Assembly (NCBI GenBank): GCA_051362555.1
Contig: CM120641.1
Location: forward strand, 6,448,001 to 6,512,000
Length of the DNA stretch: 64,000 nt
DNA from: Lingula anatina
Taxonomy: Eukaryota > Animalia > Brachiopoda
Direction: 5' to 3'
Shown here: positions 11,195 through 20,548 of the stretch, in pieces
Layout of the letters: the number at the start of each line of letters is the position of its first letter
How positions within the stretch are numbered: the stretch's first letter is position 1
Translations under genes and position numbers: made by a program
Notes under the pieces: model-generated
The model's database searches: none
Seen by the model: only the letters and a program-made list of their open reading frames with translations
What the model was told of the DNA's origin: nothing

Positions 11195-13328
11195 GGCCGG
11201 TGATAGTAAAAGGACCAAAGTCATAGAAACAAAGCCGTGGGCTTATAAGTTTTTATAAAAAATTAAAACAAACTTCCCAAAAGGCCAATTAAAGACGGGG
11301 ATTAAGTACAGTGTCCAACGGATGACGCTCTGGCGCCAATTTGAGGGGAAAAATGCCGTTTTCGGTATTGGGATTTTCTCTATAACCAAGACAGCTATTC
11401 AAGTGATTCAAAAGGCCTCATAAAGCTGGGTGAAAGCACTTCAGCGCGGTACCAGGGAATTGTCTTAAACTATTTACTTTTGATTTTATCATCTTTTACG
11501 TTAAATTACCCCATATTTCAATGGCTTATTCACTTCAAAAGGCGATATCTTTCAAACAAACAATTTTCTCTTAAACCCCTGATATCATGCTGTAGTCCAC
11601 ATTCCTAACAACAATAGGTGCAACTTTTGTAACGATCAGTTGCTCAGATAGTGAGATATACTTGGCAGCGATTCACTTATCTCGTCAATATAGAAAGCTG
11701 TTAAAACAGCCAAAAACGTTCACAGGTTGGTTAACAGGGCTTATTAGTCAAATGCTTAGCTGGCAAATTTACCTGTTATCGGTTATACGATCAGCTGGAA
11801 CCATTGCTTATTGTCATCCAAAAATATTTTGTTTGGGTGCTTTGAAGGGGCAGAAAATCGTACGTGCTTTTGTTACATTTTCCGACCACTCGTTAGGCAT
11901 GTAAGCGTGCCGCCATTTTGATTGACAGCTCTGGAGAGGGCCCTAGCCTTGTGATGCCCAGTAGGGTGTCAAGGATATGTAGAAGGAAGCGCTAACAAAG
12001 GCGATTACGTTTAACCGCAATTAAGAGGTGTGAAGTTGCATTTGAACGTTTCAATGGCTCTTCCTCGGCAATCGAGTATTTTTACCTGAGAGATTCCTTC
12101 TTTGTTATCGGCAAAGTGATCAGATAAAACTGTGTCGAGAGCAAGTGTCCGTCACTTGTGTTGATACGAGTTTTTTGACGGGTAACGCTGCAGGATTATT
12201 TTGCACGGCACTTGGTAGTCGTCAGATCAACGGAAAAATCCAGTGATTACTTCAGAGCGGTCTCGCTCAAAATGCCAGCTAAGATAAAGGGGAGACGCTC
12301 AGCTGCACAAGATTCAGCGGTAAAAGTGGCTGAGAGAAGGCTTTTGAATAAATATTTTATTTTTACACACATGACACTTAGACCCTATTTGCTTTTTACC
12401 TGCTAGCCTTGACTATTCTCGGGGTCTTTTTGTGATTTTCATTTTTGGACACTTGAACTCTTTCTTCCCGCTTGATCAGTGATTTTGAAATTGTTTTTCT
12501 CCAAATATCGCAAAATGCAAAGCCGCTAACATGCGTTTTTATTTTTATTGTTTTAATCATGCTGTCAACCTTTGCTTGGATTTCTCTTGTTTGGCCATTC
12601 AAATCACAATTTTTCGCGTGTCTCTTAAGCTCCATGATATCATATCTTGGAGAATAAAATTTTATTTTGTCAACATTAGATTTACCTTTTGCAAACGGCG
12701 ACCAACAATCATTTCCGGTTTCGTAACGTGTCGCAGATACGCTCGACGATATATATCGCAAAAATTAAAGGCTAGGCTAAAAGTATCCTTTTTTAGCTTT
12801 TTTTATTTATGTTTTTATCGATTTTTCTTTCATTTGTCAATTAATTTAGACGTTTCGATTAACTCTTTCACCCATTTATTAGGTATACAGATATCAGTCA
12901 TCCTACTGAACAAATAGGGCCGGTTTTCCCCAACCGCCACGCATAGGCCTTACTCTCAAAATTTTCCTTCTTTCCTCTGGAAAGGGACTTTTAACACGAA
13001 CTTTTCTCTTCCCCATAGTGTACTAGCTAGACTTCTTCGCTGCTAAGCTGATGTAAGACTTATGACCTATTACCGCACACGTAATCGGCTTATAACTCAT
13101 TAACTGTGCTCCGACCCCCTCATGGCAACGGCCCTTAGTAACAGAGGCGTGGCTTAGTTGTCAGCCTGACTGGGGCGCGTGCCGGTTGAAAAACTCATCA
13201 AAAGACGCATTTTGCGATGCAAATTCATAAAAATTATTACATCCAACGTTAGATACTTTTTTGATAAATATAAACACACAAAAAACTCAAAAACACGATT
13301 TTAAGCGTATTTAACCCTATCACCGGCC
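11195..13328. mobile_element. Non-autonomous TTAA-targeting DNA transposon, Kolobok-like (2134 bp)
   Basis: TTAA at 11191-11194 and 13329-13332; perfect 12-bp TIR GGCCGGTGATAG / CTATCACCGGCC. RR...YY termini with a TTAA TSD fit Kolobok rather than piggyBac (CC...GG). No intact transposase ORF. Confidence 0.8.
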
Positions 13329-13778
13329 TTAAGATCATTCGACCAGCTTTTATTCACACCTTGTAATTCCAGATTAAGAGCATATGGTGATTGTGCTCTT
13401 CAAGGCTATGGACCAACTGTACGGAACGATCTCCCTATTTACTTAAAAACAATAATAGAGTCTGAGGACAATTTTAAAAAAGAACTAAAAACTTATATCT
13501 TCAAAATGTTTTTTGACTGGCTGTTGTCTTTTACATTGTACAATTTATTTTTAATGTCTTAAAATCCTAACTGTCCATCAATTCAATTACATTTTAGTTC
13601 ACATCTTTATAGTTCATATCTTATTATTTTAACTACGTACCTTTTCACTTACTTTAGTAATCTTATTCTGTTCATTTTACCCATGTAAAGTCTACTGAAC
13701 ATTTTATATGGATTTTAGACTAAAAATAAATATTATTATTATTATTATTTATTATTATTGAAATTGGTGTGAAATTCA

Positions 13779-13853
13779 ATAGCAATAGTCCAAAGGTTCA
13801 ATGGTCCGAAGGTTCATTAAAGGTTCATTAGTCCAAAGGTTCTATAGTCTGAA
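13779..13853. mobile_element. Fragment of the tagtccgaaggttc MITE family at the duplication junction
   Basis: Four tandem gtcc(g/a)aaggttc-type units; matches the end of 10006-10163. Confidence 0.6.
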
Positions 13854-14208
13854 AACAGTCGATATTTATATTTTCTATCACATCGGGAATCTGTTGATAT
13901 TGTATTTTGCATGTTACAGTAAAATATAGAAAACAAGGGCAATTTCCGTTTTTCCATTTTTCATTTTATATGGAAAAGCGAAAATTGAGTTCCATTTCCC
14001 ATTACATTTTAGGCATTTCTATCAAAAGGAAATGAAAAACGGCCGTTTTTTCATTTTTTGACGAAATGGAAATCACTTTGCCCCGCCATACACGGACCGT
14101 TGACATAGGCACCCCCACTTCTAACGCATGCGTTGTAATACCGGAAAAGGGAAATGTCCACGTGGGATTGTTTTGATTTTGTTTTGTTTTGTTCCTGTTG
14201 TGCATGCA

Positions 14209-17200
14209 ATGTCGTTGGGTATAGAGTACCGGCATCTTACAGAAGCATACGAACGAATCAGCCCGCATATTCACAAAACACCAATATTTTCTAGTTCTTA
14301 CATAAATGGCCTGGTAGAGAAGAAAGTGTATTTTAAAGGTGAACATCTACAAAAGACTGGTTCATTCAAGGCAAGAGGAGCTTTGAATGCTGTGAGTGAT
14401 TAAATTAATCCACAATCAGATCTGAATCTGATCATGTTATTTCCCACCGTACTATTATTACCTTTCTCCCCAACTGGAGAGACAGTGAGATTTAAAATAA
14501 GAGGATGTAAGAGATACTTTGATTATGGCAAATAAGATGCAAAAATTATGTGAAATTGAATACTTACTGTACATGTAGCTGTAAGTTTTTCTGCTTCACC
14601 TACACGCCCTTGTACATCGAATACTAGTAGTCTTTCAAAAAATTAATAAAAATTAAAATAAAAAATAATAATAAAATAAAAATAAAATAAATAAATAAAT
14701 AATAGAAAAGGTCACAGTGCTGCGTGTCAAGGGTTCTTTATTTTACAGGTGTTGTCATTAAAAGAGAAAAATCCTGAAAACAGTGGTGTTGTAAGTATTG
14801 TTGACTTACTAGAAGTACCAAATCAATGAACTTTTAACTTTATATACCCTGTGCTTAAGTGAAGAGTGTAAACATTTTAATATGTAAGACATTTAAGCAT
14901 ATTTTAAGAATATAAATTAGATACCCATGTCTGTAAATTTTGATTTTAACAAATTTATTTTAGTTACCTCAACAATGAAATTCATTATGCTGACTTAAAA
15001 AATACAGTGTACACATATGTAATGATTAGTGCAAAGTGATGAACTCTTCTTAATTTCACTATACTTTTTAGGTGACTCACAGCAGTGGTAATCATGGTCA
15101 AGCCTTGGCATGGGCAGCTAGGTATGCAGGTATGCAATGCACTGTTGTAATCCCAAGCAACGCACCTGCTGTTAAAGTTGCTGCAATCAAGGACTATGGT
15201 GCTGACCTGGTATTTTGTGAGCCAAACCCCATGTCTAGGTGAGGTTTGACAAAAACATGTATCAGCTATTACGTTATTGAGTAAATATCACTTCAATCTT
15301 GCAAGAATTTTGGACATTATTTTCTAACTGTACAATGGTGTATGTACTTTCAATTTTGTTTTTATTGCTTCTACCTATTAAAAAAGTCACATTCTTTTCT
15401 GTATGTTTTGTCTCATGTTTAGCATTGGTTTCCTTTAAAATGTTATTTGGATTTATTTCAAAAGTTTTATAACATTTTAGACAAGAAACATGTGCCAAAA
15501 TTTCTGCTGAGAAAAACCAGACCATCATTCCATCATTTGACTATTTGGATGTCATTGCTGGAGAGGTGATTGGAATATTAATAGGTTTTATTAGATAGAG
15601 TAATACAGAGATCACAAGGAAAAATAAAACCTTAGAAGTTATTAAGAGAGGTTCACTTTCCAGCATTTAGTTCCATATTAGTGCATATTGTTTGTGATTC
15701 TGTATAAAAACACCACAGAACCTCTTAAAAGTTTTAGATGTATTCTTTGTCGTGCTGAGACAATTGTTTGATATCCTATATTAAAGGGAACTGTTTGTCA
15801 AAAAATCTATGGACATTCATAATTGTATATCATTGGTATTCCAACATTGGAGCAATTTTAGATAATACTGTTGTGTTTTGTTATGGTCAGATTCATGACT
15901 CAAAATTCACCCTCATATTTTACTTTATATGTACATCTAATTTTAATTTTTATGCATTATATGATTTTAGGGTAGTATTGGCATTGAATTGATGGAACAG
16001 GTTCCTGACTTGGAAGCTATACTTGTTCCCATTAGTGGTGGGGGGATGATATCAGGGATTTGTATTGCAGCAAAGGCTGTAAAACCTGACATCAAAAGTA
16101 AGTTATGGTGAAAAACATATACACTGCATGCATTTGAAAATGTCCTAATGTTATATTTCTACTATGCCTGCATCTTTTACTGTGTTGGTTTGGGGTTCAT
16201 GTCGTTACTCCCCCGCACCGATATACTCCCCCACACCAATAATCCCCCTTAGTAAATTTTTGTATTATGCGCATCAATAGGACCCCACACTGGTAGATCC
16301 CCACAACAATACATCCCCTATAAAATTGTGCACCGTTACTCCCCCACACCATTGCTTCCTCGATCACATCGATACTGCAGGGGAGTATCAGTGCGGGGGA
16401 GTATCCGTGCGGGATGTACCGTTGCGGGGGAGTATCGGTGTGGGGACGTATATGGTTTGAGGTATGTGGCACTCTTATGTAAAATCTCATTTTGATAGCC
16501 AAGGTCACATGAAATGTACCCTTGGTTCTAGATTCCGGTATTGCCAGCTCGATCTTGATTTCATATATAACCCATATCAACAATACTGGCTCTAGCGAAC
16601 AGCGGCCATGTTACACTTCCGTCAATCAAATAGAACTGCTCCACAGTGAATCTGCAGTTGAATGTCATCAGACCAAAATGAAACGTAAAACAGATTTAAT
16701 TCTGCTTTATTTAATTTTATTTGCTGTATATAAGATGAAAAGTGAAAAAATAAATAATATTCTTCGAAAAGAAAAGATATATCCAATGTTTTTATATTTT
16801 TTGCTTATCAAAAAACATTTAGTCCTGAGATATACATGTGCACAATACACGTGCTTGCCGTGTGCCAAATTTGACAGCTACACTGTTTGCCCGATACCAC
16901 TATAAGGGCTGCGCAATGGCTACACGAAAATCAGTTTTTAAAGCAGAATGTTGCTTGTATTGTGGCACTGACCTTCGACTGCAAGATAATTTCAATTTAA
17001 ACTTCTATCTCCGCATTAGGCACTTTAATTGCTTCTTGTCTCGTCTGCACGAGATAACTTCAGCGCAAGGTGGGAAAGGCAGCTCCAGGCGGCCAAACCT
17101 GTGACGTACGAGACTTATGACTTCCAAATATGGATCCAGGCAGATACAGCTGTGACGTGTGACTTCCAAATATGGAAGCGCCCCAGGCAAAATTTTGAAG

Positions 17201-18683
17201 AAGAACGCCCTCAGATTTTCGCTGTTCATCAGAGCTAGTAAAAGCGCCCCCATCACAAGGTATATTTAACAAGCTAGCTTTTAGGTTGCTCTGACACTCA
17301 GGGTGCATGAAATGGCACATAAATTGCAAATGGAAGGGCCAGAGATTCACAGTCATATATGTTCAAAGTTTTATTTGTAAATTGATTTTCTGTAGGACTT
17401 TTATCACAAGTATGTAGTTTTTTTTTTTTTTTTCAGTTTTTGCATGTGAGCCTAAAGGCAAAGACCTGGAGTATTCCCTTAAGGCAGGTAAACCAATGTG
17501 GCCAGATCCACCCAAGTTTGTAGATACCATTGCTGATGGCCTGAGGGTGCAGAGACTAGGAACACTGACCTTTCCAGTTGTTTTGGAATTGGTAGAAAAA
17601 GATGTTTTTACAACTGTGAGTATAAATAATATTGATCATTTAGGCCATAAGCCTCTCATCCATCGGAAGTCTGAGATCTTCATGCTTTGTGGCATGGGGG
17701 TAATAAATCCCATCTACTCCATCTTATCTTTTGAAAGTGCCCTTGTCTTTTTTGTTCAAAACCAAACTACACAGAAGTGTTTCTGAAAGATAAAAATTGT
17801 ATTATTATATTTATTATTATTATTATTATTGATGTGGGTTCTCAGAAGCTGTTTTGTGGCAGAGTTCACAATGTTAACAGAATTCTCTCTTAATACTCGC
17901 CATTAACAACAGCAACAACCAAACTGTATCTCACTGGGAGAGCCAACTGCTAACACTGTTGTTTTTATTGTAATCAAATAAAACATGTTATCTTATAATA
18001 CCATTTACATAAAGTATTCTGACAAATGTATACACATTTGAAAAGAAAATATTACCAAAATATTATCAGCAGCTTGCAGTTGATCCATGCCACTTTATTT
18101 CTTCTGCTTCTTTGTAGTTTTCCATATGAAATTGATAATCTAAAAGAGAAAATTAACTGCACATACATACAATGCTATAGACAATCTCCTAGAGTGCCAA
18201 TTGAGGTCCGGTGCTTTAATATGTTCAGTCAATATAAAGACACTGTTGTTTTTAATGCTTTAATCATATTATGATATATTTTTGTTTAACTTTTATTTAG
18301 AGTGATGATGACATCATAGAAGCAATGAAGTTAGTGTATCAGAGAATGAAGGTATGCTGAACATTTATTTTAGAAGTAAAAAAATCTTAATTTTTGGAAT
18401 TTGTTTTGCCTCATGAATGAAACCTATGAAATTAGATATTATCTATTGATTATCATTTGAATGTTCCAAATTCCTGTTTATTTTCCACAGTACAATCTAA
18501 CTACAACTTTTTAAACTTGATTTCCTATACCGTTTTCAGCAAGTGATTGAGCCCAGCTCAGGTGTGGGTGTGGCTGCTCTTCTCTCTGACAAGATGAAAA
18601 AACTGACACCCGACATGAAGAAAGTAGGTGTCATTCTCTGTGGAGGGAATACTGACATTGAGCACTTGCCTTGGATGAAATAA
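14209..18683 (+). CDS. SRR: Serine racemase-family PLP enzyme, copy 2 (tandem paralog); 8 exons, 325 aa, intact
   Basis: Exons 14209-14391, 14749-14790, 15072-15238, 15481-15565, 15971-16097, 17437-17615, 18301-18351, 18540-18683. Exon lengths equal those of copy 1, with no stops or frameshifts. Catalytic Lys (SFKARG) and Ser (HSSGNH) are retained. 16 aa differ from copy 1. Confidence 0.93.
16193..16452. mobile_element. MITE with internal (tactcccccgcaccga) subrepeats, in SRR copy 2 intron 5
   Basis: Subrepeats forward then inverted (tgcgggggagtatc); flanked by tggtttg repeats; absent from copy 1; same family as 19223-19403 in the opposite orientation. Confidence 0.75.
16517..17305. mobile_element. 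789-bp non-autonomous DNA element with a perfect 9-bp TSD (MULE- or AcademH-like), in SRR copy 2 intron 5
   Basis: TSD catgaaatg at 16508-16516 and 17306-17314 (single copy in SRR copy 1); imperfect TIR tacccttggttctaga / tctgacactcagggtg. Confidence 0.85.
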
Positions 18684-18691
18684 AAACTCTA

Positions 18692-18694
<3 letters not shown>

Positions 18695-18723
<29 letters not shown>
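18695..18723. repeat. (TA)n microsatellite just after the SRR copy 2 stop codon
   Basis: Direct inspection; not expanded in copy 1. Confidence 0.9.
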
Positions 18724-18725
<2 letters not shown>

Positions 18726-19222
18726 TATAGTTTCTAGAGTGTTCAATTCTGAAGGGAGAATTTTTATATGAAAATAAAAATTAAGTACCTCTACTCCAGG
18801 TTTCACAGACATACCCTATGGTTATGTCCGATCCTCAGGAGGCATGTTTATTCAAATATATTTATATATACTTTGATTAATCCCTTAAATATACAAAGAA
18901 GATCAATATTTTTTCATAAGTTAATCACCAACTTCATGTTTTGAATTGTTAAATATCTCAGATACTTAATATATTGTTCAATGTTAAACATACTGTGAAA
19001 AATGTAATCTGGGGAGTTGCATAGAGGCTTTGATTGTCTGTGAATTTTTATTGACAGTGTGATGGTATGCCATTTTAGATGAAAATGTGCTGTTTACTTA
19101 TGGTTTTGTAACACAGATAAATTAATGCATGTTAGGTCAAGATTCTGATGTCCACTTTAAAGGACTATACTGGCCTGTATAGCCATGTTGTATGGGTTTC
19201 TTTATACTGGCATTGCAAAAAT

Positions 19223-19403
19223 GGTTACATGTGGATACATCTCCGCATCAATGCTTCCCCGCACCGATACTCCCCCTACAATTGCAGATATACTGAGGGG
19301 GAGTATCAGTGAGGGGATCTATCGGTGTGGGGTCGTATCGATGTGCATAATACAAAAAATTACAAGGGGGATTATCAGTGCGGGGGGAGTATCGACATGA
19401 CCC
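19223..19403. mobile_element. MITE with a perfect 9-bp TSD in the 3' region of SRR copy 2
   Basis: TSD tgcaaaaat at 19214-19222 and 19404-19412; TIR ggttacatgtggatac / gtatcgacatgaccc; empty site in copy 1. Confidence 0.85.
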
Positions 19404-20129
19404 TGCAAAAATCAACATGGTTTCTGCCAACCTCAAATGCCAAATTGATAGCAAATTGATTTTAAGTAACCACTGATTTTTAAAAATGATTGTATTGTTT
19501 GATTTATTGAAATGTTTCATGTGTACTTGTTTACACAGTTAAATGCCACATTAATAAAATATTTTCTTATGAAGCAAAGTGAGTGATGTCATTGACTTCA
19601 TCTCTTAATTGTTTTGGCTTCTGTTTTAGCATAAATCAGAACCCTGTGGCAACCGTTGAAAATTTTATGATTTATCAATTAACAAAACGACTGGAATTAT
19701 ATATATATGCTCCACCATTTCAGGGCCTGTTCTTTAGGCAACAGGGTGAGTATGGTAACGGCGAAATGTGATAGTTGAGCCAAACACATCCACGCCCATG
19801 TAAACTAGTTGAGCCAAACGCATCCACTCCCTTGTAATCAGCTCTGACTTCTATCACAACATAATACACCAAATCGTTGCAACTTTCTACAGCATGTCAA
19901 GAAAAAAAAAAAAAAAAAGATTCGCAATAGTGTTGTGCTAATAGCCTAGTCTATATTGAGCCAATTCACTTTTACGAGATAAATTTTGGAACTACGAATG
20001 GCGACATGGACCAATAAAGTATCTAAATGAGATCGACGATAAAAATAGAAAGAAATAGAAAAAAGTCAACTTGAGTTGTTATTTAACGTCAAAGAAGTGT
20101 CTTAGTAAAATTGGGGTGAAATTCGATCT

Positions 20130-20548
20130 TCCCTCGGAGAAAGCGGTGCTAGGAGGTACCAGCTGCTGCCCTGAATGTGGATAGAACCTGTCCAAACTGT
20201 CAACTTACCGCGCGGCCACCACTTGTAGACTATTCACTCTGAGAACTAACACAAAGCAAACAGGGGCCCATTCTGCGCAGTGGACCGTAGTTATCGGCGG
20301 AGCGCCGTGATAACATCTTTTGACGGTTTGTTACCGCTGATCTGGATAGCACAACTCACGTTGTTTCGAAGCAAACTTCACTTTCCCTCACACTTGTTCC
20401 GGGGCACGAGGTCACAGAGCATCTTGAACATCAGCCAAGGATACAGTGCACCGAGAAAGCAGGACAGAGAGGAGGAGAAGTCAACTGAGAAAATCACCAG
20501 TAACGTTTCCATGTTTACGTTAACAGCATTTAACATTAATGAGCAAGG
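20130..20548 (+). promoter_or_regulatory. Probable LRP2 promoter and 5' UTR
   Basis: CpG/GC-enriched stretch immediately upstream of the signal-peptide exon; the enrichment continues into intron 1. Confidence 0.5.

Larger units (their letters stand above)
10874..13759 (+). mobile_element. 5'-truncated L2/CR1-clade LINE 3' end with (TTA)n tail, interrupted by a nested DNA element
   Basis: Degenerate ORF2 C-terminal motifs HLDYCNSVLSGL, HITPILKQLHWLP and FVPKR before the nested element, then LRS...YGDCALQGYGPTVRNDLP...NFKKELKTYIF after it. (tta)n tail at 13730-13759. Absent at the paralogous site near 20101. Confidence 0.8.
14095..20125 (+). repeat. Tandem segmental duplication, unit 2 (SRR copy 2 plus LRP2 upstream region)
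   Basis: Begins gttgacataggcacccccac and ends aaattggggtgaaattc; colinear with unit 1. Confidence 0.9.

Noticed and set aside
12396-12917. ORFs of 121 and 128 aa inside the Kolobok-like element as a transposase
   Set aside because: No DDE, THAP or zinc-finger motifs visible; overlapping low-complexity ORFs on both strands.
16200-16450. CRISPR-like short repeated units
   Set aside because: Eukaryotic intron; no unique regular spacers; the units invert mid-element and are explained as MITE subrepeats.
14209-18683. SRR copy 2 as a pseudogene
   Set aside because: All eight exons, splice sites and catalytic residues are intact with no indels, while introns show many indels.
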